64,000 bases of DNA from Nageia nagi. Taxonomy: Eukaryota > Plantae > Pinophyta. Shown here one piece after another: positions 14,085 through 25,472 of the stretch (position 1 is its first letter; each line of letters starts with the position of its first letter). A program made the translations under genes and the position numbers. The stretch is from the NCBI GenBank assembly GCA_050084985.1, contig JBITNC010000002.1, positions 24,924,001 to 24,988,000 on the forward strand, written 5' to 3'. The notes beneath the pieces are model-generated. The model made no database searches, was not told the origin of the DNA, and saw only the letters and a program-made list of their open reading frames with translations.

Positions 14085-15121
14085 TAATGATGCATATTTT
14101 TTTGACTCTGATCTATATGTACTCAATCAAAGAAAAGGCATGTTATTGATTCTCTTTTATATGGATGTTCTTTTGATTACTATAAACAATGATAAAATCA
14201 TTCAAAAATACATATTCAAACTTAAAGCAACATTTGAAATTATTGATCTTGGTCTCTTACACTACTATCTTGGAATGCAAGTGTATCAATACAAATATTA
14301 TACTTATCTTAGTAATCTAAATATATATCAGACATCTTGCAGAAGTTTGGAATAGAGGAGTGTAGATATGCTATGATCTTAATATCTCTTGGAATCATTA
14401 TTTCTCTAAGCTCCAACTTTCAGTTGGCTGATGTTACAACTTACAAGTAATTAATTGGTAGTCTTTTGTATTTGACTATATCTAGGTTAGATATTGCCTT
14501 TGCAGTGAATCTAATGGCACGATTCATGCAAAAACCTTATGTTGTGCACCTCAATGCTGTTAAAAAAATTTTAAAGTATGTTGCAAGGACTAAGGATCTT
14601 ACTCTCAAGTATTCTAAGTTACCCTCATTTATTCTCTCTTGATTCTCATATTATGACTATGGGGAGATATAGATGATAAGAAATCAACCTCTATGCATGT
14701 GTTTAGCATTGGTTTAGGTGTTATCTTTTGGACTTCCAAGAAATAGCCTACTATTTCTCTTTCCACCACAAAAGCTAAATACCATGCCATGTCTGTTGCA
14801 ACCCAAGAAGCCATTTGGCTAAGGTATCTTTTGAAAGAAATTGGCTATGAGCAAGGTGGCTCATATTTGATTTCTTCAAACAATCAATCAACTATTTCTT
14901 TAGATAAGAATCTTGTGTTCCATCATAAAATAAAACATGTGGAAATCCATACCCATTTTATCAGGGAGAAGGTTCTTGATGGCATCATACACCTGGAGTA
15001 TTTTCCATCAACCTTGAACCCTGCTAATTTGTTCACTAAGCCCCTCCTAAAAGTTCAGTTCTGTAAGCTTAGGGATGTTATTGGGTTGGTGAAGTTATCC
15101 TCAAGGGGGAGTGAAGTTTGA
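14085..15121 (+). pseudogene. Copia RT C-terminus and RNase H remnant
   Basis: LILFYMDVLLI..FEIIDLGLLHYYLGMQV, LIGSLLYLTISRLDIAFAV, DIDDKKSTS, and EAIWLRYLLKEIG..KHVEIHTHFIREKV..NPANLFTKPL. Confidence 0.92.
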
Positions 15122-18100
15122 ATTCTTATATTGAATTCATATTTTTGATGACAACTTCACCCCTAGGATGATTTTGTGCTGTATAGTGTTGATTTTATTG
15201 TACACCTTTATGATAAGTTCACTTTGCATGAGGAACTTGTATAAAATTTTAAAAGCAAAAAGATTGGCCAATCTAGCACTATTTAGTTATCCATGTGTGA
15301 AGAACTCTTATGTGTATTTTGGCACTATTTAGTTATTCATATGTGAGGAACTCATATGTGCATGCTCTATTTTGTAGTGATAATCAACACATGTTTTATA
15401 TATAGCAGGTGTATGAGTTTTTGACATGGCATCTTTGTGATGAATTATAGTGCACTATTGATCAGTTCATGATGGCATTTGTGTGATTCATCTATCCTTG
15501 TTGAGATGAATATATTGCATCTAATTGATCTTATTATTTGAGTTGCTTATGACTTACAAGTTCCTTTGAGGTATCCAAGCTCTTGGAGACTCTTCATGAC
15601 TTCCAATTGGATGACTACTTCATGTATATTGAAACTAATTGTAGTTAATGATTGTATTTGGTAAAGTAGTGAGTCTCAATATAGATCTTTCTTGACAAAT
15701 ATGTAAAAAAAATTTCATCTTCATTGTATCTATTTGGAGTATAACTCTCTTACTTTCTCTCTTTCTTCTCTCTTATTCACTCTATCCCAATATTGCATTA
15801 AGGGGGAGTGTTGGAATGTATAATGCATTATTGTAAAGGTTTTGTAATAATTTTCTATGTAAATTCACTAATACTTAAGGGTATCATTTGATAAATTAAG
15901 TGTTTAAGTAAATATGATAATGTTACTTATCCTACACTCCATGTCATGAGCATGCCCCTTAGGTAAAAGGATGTGCATGTCATGCTTTTGTACATTAGAT
16001 AAAAAGGTGATCCAAAGAGGAATTTTTACTTATAAAAAGAAGGCTCCCTCTTTGTGATCACACACCAATTTGTGGATTAAAGTTGTGCTAGAGGATAGTG
16101 TTTAGGAGTTGAGATTAGGAGGATTGTAAGAGAGTTGTATTTGTGATTGAATTAAATATCTAGTTAGTGGATGTACTCCTAGTTGGAGGAACCAATTACA
16201 TATTATGTTATCTTTGTGAGATTGATTTTTGTGATAGTTAGATGTGAATTGAGAGATTTCATGTGATCTTGATTATTTATAAATATTCTTATTATAGTTC
16301 AATTCTCTTGTATCCCATGTCACAAGTGTAGTCCTCACCATAGCTAACTTTGCCTTTAATGGTTGGAGACATGCCAACTCAACCTCTATCGATCTTAGTC
16401 TAGATAGCTTAGCCTCCATGTCCACCACCTATGCATATGAAATCCCTATCATATCATATATAATACCAATTAGTCTCTCATTAGCTACATTTAAAATTTG
16501 AAAATCATGAAGAGATATAAGTAGAGTCTTTCTTACCTAGAGTAGGAATAACCACTGCTAACACCTCCAATCCCACTGCTGGTGAAGGCCCATCATGGAT
16601 GGGATTGTTTATATTCATTTGATCCTCATCATTTTATGGTGGGCTCAATACACTATTACTCCCACTATCTAACTCATCCATGCCCAAGGAGCTTGGATGC
16701 ATAGCTATCCACCATGTCATGTAATCGAGGGCAACCTTGAGAGCCATGGCCACCTCCATATCAACATCCACTATTGAAGGCTCTAGCTACCCTACCACCC
16801 ACATTGGCATATCCTAACCACCATAAAGAATGTATCTCTCCATTGGTACTAATAGTAAATTGGGGGCACTGCTAGGGTAGGTTGTTGTATCCCAAACTAC
16901 CTCAGCACTTACTCTAAATGGTACAAATCTACCATCTTTTGCCTAGTCTGAAGGAAGTGGGTTTGCCTCACCCACTCCAAATGATGGACATCTCCATGCC
17001 ACACATAATCAATGTGGCACACCCATATGATATCTACCTCTTGGAGGTCATTGATGTCCCTCCTCCTTGCCTCCATAGATCGAGGAGGCCTATATCTACC
17101 CAATGGTTCGATCCAACACACTAAGGCCACATCTATTGGGTCATATCTCACCCTTTCCAATTCCACTAGCCTAATAGCTAAGATATGCCCACACGCCTAG
17201 ACCTATAGGAGGTCAGTATGAGCAATCATCATGTTGATCTTATCAACATTGATGAATGAATATAAGTCTCTATAAAGTTCTACTTGTACTACTAGCCCCC
17301 ATGTAAACTATCACCCCTGAGCACATATCTCTCATACTACCCATGTTAGCCCAAGAGGAAAAGCCAAATGGCTTTTTTTAGGACATAAATAGGTGGTAAT
17401 AATAGATACCACATGCAGCCTCAAGTGTCTCCCTACTCTGGCATACCTGCAACCCTCTGTGATTCTCACTGATTGATGATCCCAATCATGATCCTCTAAT
17501 CCAATCAACCATAAACACTCAACCCCATGAGTATTATCATCCCTCATCTCATGCTGCTACACCAAGCCATCCCTGATGGGTATACCCCAGATCTGATACA
17601 CATCCTCTAGAGTTACTATCATTTCATCGATGGAAAGATGAAATGAGCAGCAATCCTAGTCCCATCTCTCAACCAATGTTGTGACAATGGGAATTTCCAC
17701 CTATTCCATCCTCGTATAAGCAATCTCCTAACTTGCATCAATATAAAATGTCATATGACTACTAAGTTCATGGGAAGGCTTGAGCCAAATCCAAAGTCAT
17801 ATTCCTCATAGGCCCACCCTAGATCAACCCCTTGCAATCCTACAAGGTAAAACTTGGGTATGTTAGTCTATTCTCTACCTATGTTGATAATAAAAATATA
17901 ATATATCAAATTTGATTCTACTTACTGCATGCTCAAATGGCAAACTATAGAGATACTCTACTAGATGACATGTCCTCTCAATAATCGATTAATAGATACT
18001 ACTCCAATCGATGGTAGCCATCACTATAAAGTCATAGGTACTATATGGGTGTTCTCCTACTCGATGCATGCAAAATATGGATGCAATGGACACTTTAATA

Positions 18101-19704
18101 GTACAACATTGATAGCAAGATGGCAAACTCAACTAGTCTAACATGAGGTTAATGTCTACTTGTTAGAGCTCCAAATGGCAAGGGCATGAAAGACAAAATG
18201 ACCTATTTTTGATAAGATTTTAGTTTTATAAGTTGACTTTGGGGCTTTAAATTAGGTAATTTCCTCTCTTTTACATACAACTCCTAAATCTTTATGTGGA
18301 GGGCTCATTTTCCTTGTAAAAATAAATCCCTTCTATCCTTTTTTGGATACTAAAACTTGCCATTTGCACAATGCTGGTAGCGTCCATTTCTTTGACTTGT
18401 ATGTGTTATTGATGGATTTTGGATCTAATTTATGCTCAAAATTTATTTGAATGACACCCATATGTCTTAGGTAAAGCTCACTTCATTTGCATTTTTCATT
18501 AGAATTTATACTAAGTTTAGGGCATGCAACATGATAATTTGCTATTTAGGTGAGTTTCTAATGTGCCCTTTTCATCTTCATCAATTGCTATTTTTTCATA
18601 TGATAATGGATACTTGTTTATGATATACAATTAAAGAAATTGGATTATGAATACTTGATTTTAGCCATTTGGCAGGGTAAAATTCTATCTTCAAGAAGGT
18701 TGTTCCTAGGCAGCTATAGGCCCATGATATTTGCAAGATTTGGTGACATATGAAGCCATCGCTTAATTATATGACTTACTCCACATCTTGCACAATTTTG
18801 GAAGCATACTATAATTAGGATGCTAGTGACGTATCAATGCATGACTTACTCAAATGATTAAATACCTTCTTGTACTTATCCTTAATTGCACCTTTCTAGC
18901 ATGAGGATCATTTTTGAAATTATGCTTCCATCATTAGGTATGAGTATTTTATTTTTTTTCTTTCTTAATTTGATTTTATTAAGCATGTTAATTTTACATT
19001 TGGAAAGGTTGATAATTATTAACAGGAATTGATGCATGCCAAGTGAATAAATCAGCATTTATTGGATGGCCTACGATCAATATGGAGAAATATGCAAACC
19101 AAAGGGGAATTATATCCCCTTCTAGACTTCTTCACACTCTTTAATAAATTGGGTGTGTGTCAAATTCATGTCCATATTTTCCTCCTCGCTAAGGCATTTG
19201 TTCTTACCAACTTTTCTCTTTGGTCACTGCCTATGTAGCTAGTTCTCGCTTCTTACCTATCTAGCTTACCTTCGATATTTAGCTACAAATCACAATTCTC
19301 TAGTTTTGGTAGTAGCATGTTATATTGATCCAGCAACATAGACATTGCACTCTCTTAAAACTTTTGCACCCTAATTTGACAATTAAACATCGCTAGTAAT
19401 GTACATTGACTTATTTTAGGGCATTGATGGTGTACATCCTTTGCAAAGAATTAAACAAACTCAAGCTTCTAGACCATTACATGTTTGAATATCATATATT
19501 TTTTAGAACTTTCCTCCTATGCTTACATTATTTATCCATGAATAATTTCTTAACAGCATAGTATCAAGAGAATACTAATGAAATCCTTAGCCATGGTCCT
19601 CCATGAGTGAAAATTTTGGCATATTCTACATAATATTTTATCATTCCAACTTAGAATATTATAATATATTATATTTATTTCATTCTTACTTTGCATGCCT
19701 AATT

Positions 19705-20435
19705 TCTTCGGATCATGGACATAAAATACATGATCATAAATGGCCATCGACATAGCTAGTGAGAGTTCACTCACTTTAAAGTAAACTGATGATACAGTCG
19801 TTAGCCATTTTTTGACATTGGATCATCTCTAATGGATGATACATTTTGCTATGTATCCATATAGTTTTTGCTTTAACCATATCTAAATCATACTATCTTT
19901 GGATCATGGACATAAAATGCATGATCATCGATGGCCATTGACATGACTAATGAGATTTCACTCACTTAAAAGTAAACCAATGATACAACCATTAGTAATT
20001 TGTTGATATTGGATCATCTCCAATAGATGATGTATTTTGTTATGTATCCACACAAATTTAACTTTGAATCCATCTAAAGCATACTATCTTTAGATCATGG
20101 ATATAAAATGCATGATCATCAATGGCCACCGAAATGGCTAGTGAGAGTTCACTCACTTAAAAGTAAACCAATGATACATCTATTAGCAATTTGTTGATAG
20201 TTGATCATCTCCAATGGATGATACATTTCACTTTGTATCCACATGATTTTTTCTTTGAACCAATCCAAAGCATAATATCTTTAGATAATAGACATACAAA
20301 TGTATGATCATCGACGACCAATGACATGGCTAGTGAGAATTCACTCACTTAAAAGATAAACAGATGATGCAACCATAAGTAAGTTATTGAAATTGATTCA
20401 TTTTCAATGGATGATGCAAATCACTATGCATCCAT
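19705..20435. repeat. ~191-bp tandem array, about 4 copies, in the 3' untranslated region of the Ogre/Tat element
   Basis: Units start near 19710, 19901, 20092 and 20283 (GATCATGGACATAAAATGCATGATCAT..GTGAGAGTTCACTCACTTAAAAG..). Confidence 0.92.
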
Positions 20436-20974
20436 AATATTTTATGATTGAAATTCCATTACAAGTACATTAATCCAAAAGAACAAAATAATATTCTAGG
20501 CAAAACCAAGGCACCAACATCATGGTCACTATCTTTTAGGTCACTAACGATGTACATTTCATTACCATTTCCACTCATCCAAACCATCACCTCTCTATTT
20601 CGAGGCATGGACCTAAGTGCATTAGCTTCTTGAGTATTTGACACAAAAAAATGGCTAGATTCATTATTGAAATAGTATAAAGGAGGCACATCATATCTTC
20701 CATCTCCAACCTCGGATATGGATTTCTACAGTCATCCAAACATCATCCAAATAGTATTCTTGAAGAAAGCTTCTTTAGCAACTTTTGCCTTGGCTACTCC
20801 ACTTAAGGATCTTTCCTAGGGCATGCAAGTCAAAAGGGGGTAGCATAAGGACCCTCATCATCATTCAATCAGCATCAACAAAAGGATTAGAAAACTTTCT
20901 TCTATATCTTGGCTACACTTCTTCTTTGGACATGTAATTTCATTGCTTCAATCACACATCCAAAGAGGGGAAAA

Positions 20975-21657
20975 TGTAGATGCCTCAAAATGAACCTTTA
21001 TATATTTAATAAATCATTTTAATCCCTTAACAATGTATTATTTAAAAAGGGATTAAAAAAGTATAAGAAAGGTGTAGGCCATGTATTTGACCCTTGTGGC
21101 TTGTACAAGGGGTCAAATCCTATAATAGAAGCATCCCTATATAAAGCCATTCAAGACATAAAAAGACACATGATGGGATTATCATCAAGAGAAGACTATA
21201 TAAGGGGAAGATTACAGAAGAACCAAGGCTTCTATCAATTGAAGATCAAATAGAGAATCAAGGATTTGAGCACCATTTGCAAAGCAAACCTTTACAAGGT
21301 CTTCTTATCTGTAATAAGTGAATCTCTTATCTCAAGCATTATCACACTTTTGTTATATTAATAAATCATTCATTCACTTGTCATTTTATCTTTCATTGCA
21401 TCTTTAATTTTATCCTTAATATGACACTAGTGGTGTACTGTTACTAGGGCATTGACATCATGCTTATGTATGTGATATTGTTTGTTCTTGATGTATGACT
21501 TTTTTTAATCAATTGAATATGCATGTTAACAAAATGAACCTATATGCTTAATCATATGTTGTCATATTCTTGTTTTATGTCAATAAACAAATAGACCAAA
21601 TAGTGCATGTCTTAATTCCCCTAATTAATTATATGATTGCATTATTTAGGGTCTACA
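20975..21657 (+). repeat. 3' LTR (683 bp) of the Ogre/Tat-like element
   Basis: Direct repeat of 8173-8854, preceded by a PPT and followed by the TSD. Confidence 0.95.
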
Positions 21658-21662
21658 GTAAG

Positions 21663-21770
21663 CCAAATTTCTAAAAAATTACTAATCAAAAGATTTTTAG
21701 ATAAAAATTGCTTTGTTGTAATAGTTTGAAGATTGTGGGAGGAAACGTTGAAGGGATGGAAGGAAGACAA
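21663..21770 (-). pseudogene. 5' part of the spliced TE accessory gene
   Basis: With the LTR element removed, the frame reads ..SKNLLISNFLEIWL|TIRYDMTWLGELGLLKI.. straight across the TSD. Confidence 0.55.
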
Positions 21771-21979
21771 GATGGTTAAGAATCAAAGATCTTTGATTGT
21801 GGGCAGCGGGGACCAGAGTGATAGAGAGAAATTTAGACTCAAAGACCAATAAAATGTAAAAATGAAGTTCCAATCAGATATTTATACAAACAAGAAATCC
21901 TAACTTGCACATAGATGTGCCATGTGGCAAGCATGCCCATAGAGACATGTCCACTTATGACAATGCACATTTTATCTTT

Positions 21980-22622
21980 TTGAATATGCACATCTCCTCA
22001 AATGATGTGCATCTTCTTTTTCTGAAGAAACACATCTTCTCTTAGAAGAGGCATGTCTTATCTATTATGAAGATGCTCATCTTCTTTTTTATGAATATGT
22101 GCATATATTCATTTTAGCAGACACGTGTCTTCTCAAGAAGATGTGCTTCTACTAAGATGAGAAAATGCACATCTTCTAAGAGAAGTTGTATGTCATCATA
22201 AAAGAGAAGACAATCATCTTCTCAATATGTGGGTCTTAATAAAAGAGAATACATGCATCTTCTCTATTATGCAATCAATCTTCTGCTCAAATAGAGAATA
22301 TAGGCATCTTCTCAAATAGAGAGGATGTGTGTCTTCTTAGATTGAGAGGATGCATGTCTTATCTATATGAAAGGACATGCATCTTCTCAAATAGAGAATA
22401 TAAGCATATTCTTAGACAAAGAAGAGTTAAAAGATGATTGTCTTCTCATACTGAGAAGACGAGAAGATGAGCATCTTCTCTATCTAACAAGACATCCATC
22501 TTTTGAAAAGAGATGATGAGCATCTTCTCTAGAAAATGTGCATCTTCATAAAGGAGAAGATGCTTATCTTATTAAAAGAGAATATTTTTGTCTTCTGATA
22601 AAGAGAAGATTAGCATATTCTC
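21980..22622. repeat. Degenerate array of palindromic units (core GAGAAGATGNGCATCTTCTC, ~24-25 bp period)
   Basis: Many imperfect copies, for example GAGAAGATGAGCATCTTCTC at ~22461 and AGAGAATATAGGCATCTTCTC at ~22293. Confidence 0.85.
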
Positions 22623-24419
22623 AATTATGCAATCAAGTGTCTTATGAACATTGCACTCATTCCAATGTGAAGTATATGCTTGACTTTTGACATTTCGTAT
22701 AGGAGTACAAAAGATTAAGATGGAAATGACAGCTTCAGCATGTTGATTAACATTTCACACATGTCAATGAATCAAAATATTTCTATAAATAGTTAATTTG
22801 GATTAACAGTTCTTTTCAAGTTAATAGTGGTTCAACGAATCAAGACTTAGTGCAGATCATCATTCAGTGATGCATATTGAATACAACATGCATCTTATTT
22901 TGGAAAAGAATTTTAAATACAAAATAGATCAAATATTTTCTATCTTCATAATTTTTGAAATTCGTGTTTGGATTCCTTTCCAAAATATGGGAGAGTCCCC
23001 TTGGTAGTCATGTGGTTCCCCTCCCCTTAGCCTTCTAACTTCCCCTCACCAACACTCATAGGGTAATCATTTTAGTTTATTGTTATTGGTTAGAAAATGA
23101 ATACTTTATTTTGTTTTGCTTGGTATGTTCATTAAACTAATATTTCTATATTAATAGCTCAACAGGTATTTTGTTGATGAAGTTGAGTTATGAGTGGGGT
23201 CCATTCATTTGGACTCACTGGTGAAGAGAAGTGGAGAAGCAAGGAGTTATATTCTCAACTCCAACCATCATCCACATAATATTAGGTACCAATGGGAGAA
23301 ATGGAGTCCATCCAGCCTAGAATAAATGCTTGGTTGGGACAAATGGAGTCTATCCAAGCATTGGATCAGAAGAACCAAACATTAGCACTCTTTTTCCTAA
23401 TCTCCAATAGGAGCAAGATTGTATGATTGTAACATTAACTTCTTTCTCTACACACAAGTTTATATATGTCTGAACTCTAAAGAAGAATGTATAGATATCA
23501 ATTGTTTAGTTATAAAGATGACTAACTGCCCTTTCTTATGCAAACTTGTCAAACGTATTCTATAAAGAATGTATAGATATTAATTATTTTCTTTTATGGT
23601 ATATAATTTTTGGTTAAAATATAAATTATAAATTAATATGAAAAAGTCGCCTGTAATTTTTAACCTTTTTTTAAAAATGATATCAATTAACCAAAATTTT
23701 CTAAATCAATTTTAATTTTTTTGAAAAATCATCTTCCTTCTACAGCATTTTGGGACTGAATAGCCAAGATTTTGAAACTAAATTGCCTCTAATTTATTTA
23801 TTTCGGTTAACCAAAATTCCTTACACATAACCCTGATGGGGTACATGATAAAGAAAATTTGATAACCCTTAACTTATAGAAATCAAATTGAAGGAAATTA
23901 AGATGAATATTTTTTTAAGTTTTTGTTTACTATAAGAAAAAATTGAATTTGTTTAGATTCATATTTAGTTGATTCGTTTGGAATAGCAATTCAAGTCATA
24001 TTGGTATATATTGCATTCATTTTGAAATCAATTTAGAATTCAGTAAGATATGTCAGATGTTTAAGTGAGAAAAGTTGGTTGTTAGATGAATTGGAATCAT
24101 CTAAAGCAAAGTTTAGATAGTTTTCTATGGAAAACATTATGCATTGACATATGGTATTAGAAAGCAATAAGAGGTCATTATTTTAGATTGAGATAATTTA
24201 AATCAATTTAGTAATTTAGATAAGATTTTGAGAAGAGTTTTGTTGAGAATATCATGCGACATTGTATGGCATAGAATAAAAATTAGCATTAAATTTTTTA
24301 GTTCAATTAGATGTGGTTTGATTCAATTTGGAATCAGTATTAGTTTCAGTTATTCTTATGTAAATAAAGGTATAAATAAGCTTAATATTTCCTTAATGCT
24401 AACAAAAAAATTGATGGTA

Positions 24420-24797
24420 TGATGATTCTTAAAAATTCTATGCATTTTTGTGATAGTTAATATTTTGATGATTCTTGATAATCTTGTGCATTTTCTTGAT
24501 GATAATTGAGATTTTGTTGATTCTAAACAATGTTGTACATTCTCTTGATGATAGTAGATATTTTTATGATTGTTGATAATGCTATGCATTTTGTTAATGA
24601 TAATCAATATTTGATATTGTTATGCATTTTCTTCATAACAGTTGATGTTATGATGATTCTTGATAATGCTATGCATTTTCTTGTTGACAATTGATATTTT
24701 GATTATTCTTGACAATGTTATGTATTTTCTTTATGATAATTAATATTTTGATGATTCTTGATAATTCTATGAAAATTCTTGATGGCATGATGATACT
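24420..24797. repeat. ~49-bp tandem array, about 8 copies
   Basis: TGATGATTCTTGATAATGCTATGCATTTTCTTGATGAYAATTGATATTT repeated. Confidence 0.9.
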
Positions 24798-24819
24798 TAA
24801 GTTTTAAAGTAAGCTCTCA

Positions 24820-25290
24820 TTTTGAGGCAACTTGTTTGGTACTTGGGGGAAAATAGTACTTGGTTTTAGCTATTTCTTCATAGAAGTGTGTTAATTTTTA
24901 AATAAGGCTTTGTTACTTATGATTAAAAGTAACCCCTTTTGCTTAGGTACATAAAAAAACATAGTTTTATAGTCAAATCTTATTTAGAGGCAACATATTT
25001 GGTACTTGGGGTAAAATAGTACTTAATTCTAACACTTTCTTCATTGAAGTGTATCAAGTTTTTAAAAAGCCTATATTACCTATGGCTAAAAGTAAGCTCG
25101 TTTTCTTAGGGATACAAGCAAATATAGTTTTATAGAAGGATCTCACTTAAAGGCAACCAGTTTGGTACTTGGGGAAAAATAGTGCCTAATTCTAACACTT
25201 TATTTGTGGGAGTGTACAGAATTCTAAAACCTTATTACTGGTAGGTTAAAGCAACCCTTTTATTTAGGGACATAAGAAAATTATAGTCTT
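24820..25290. repeat. ~163-bp tandem array, about 3 copies
   Basis: GAGGCAAC..TTTGGTACTTGGGG.AAAATAGT recurs near 24824, 24987 and 25151. Confidence 0.88.
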
Positions 25291-25472
25291 ATTATTGGTA
25301 GAACTATTTTTTTTATACGTAATCAAATTTCATCCTTATATCTTGTAGGTCAAATAATCCTCTTGATTGAGTGCATAAGCAAAATCATGATTATATGATG
25401 CATATTATACAAAACATTAACTATCTTTTTGAGATATTTGGAAGACATCCTTAGCAATCTTAGAGAGTAGAG

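Larger units (their letters stand above)
12023..16310 (+). mobile_element. Nested non-autonomous Ty1/Copia LTR retrotransposon (internal deletion derivative)
   Basis: 502-bp LTRs at 12023-12524 and 15809-16310. TSD TATCC at 12018-12022 and 16311-16315. tRNA-iMet PBS TGGTATCAAAGC at 12527 and PPT AAGGGGGAG at 15800. Confidence 0.93.
11700..17880 (-). pseudogene. Antisense plant mobile domain (PMD, MAIN/MAIL-like) ORF of the Ogre/Tat element, split by the Copia insertion 12023-16310
   Basis: The minus strand at ~17560-17690 reads TTLVERWD*DCCSFHLSIDEMIVTLEDVYQIWGIPIRDG, matching the PMD hallmark ALVERW..T.TFHL..GEM.ITLEDV..I.GLP..G. An FTWGA motif lies near 17300. The coiled-coil tail continues at 11700-12017. 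Confidence 0.85.
8173..21657 (+). mobile_element. Non-autonomous Ty3/Gypsy (Ogre/Tat-like) LTR retrotransposon with gag and antisense PMD ORF, no recognisable pol
   Basis: LTRs at 8173-8854 and 20975-21657 (TGTAG...CTACA). Perfect TSD GTAAG at 8168-8172 and 21658-21662. PBS-like TGGTGAACC follows the 5' LTR and PPT AAAGAGGGGAAAA precedes the 3' LTR. Confidence 0.93.
1960..22639. mobile_element. Putative large two-gene DNA transposon (hAT-like transposase plus convergent accessory gene), about 7.2 kb after removing the nested 13.5-kb LTR element
   Basis: Order is tandem array (1995-2289), transposase (+), spliced gene (-), second array (21980-22622). The gene's frame runs through the GTAAG TSD at 8168/21658, and both arrays share AGATG-N5-CTTCTC. 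Exact termini and TSD are not resolved. Confidence 0.55.

Noticed and set aside
21980-22622. Palindromic repeats with short spacers, superficially CRISPR-like
   Set aside because: Spacers are only ~4-6 nt, repeats are degenerate, there are no cas genes, and the context is a eukaryotic TE.
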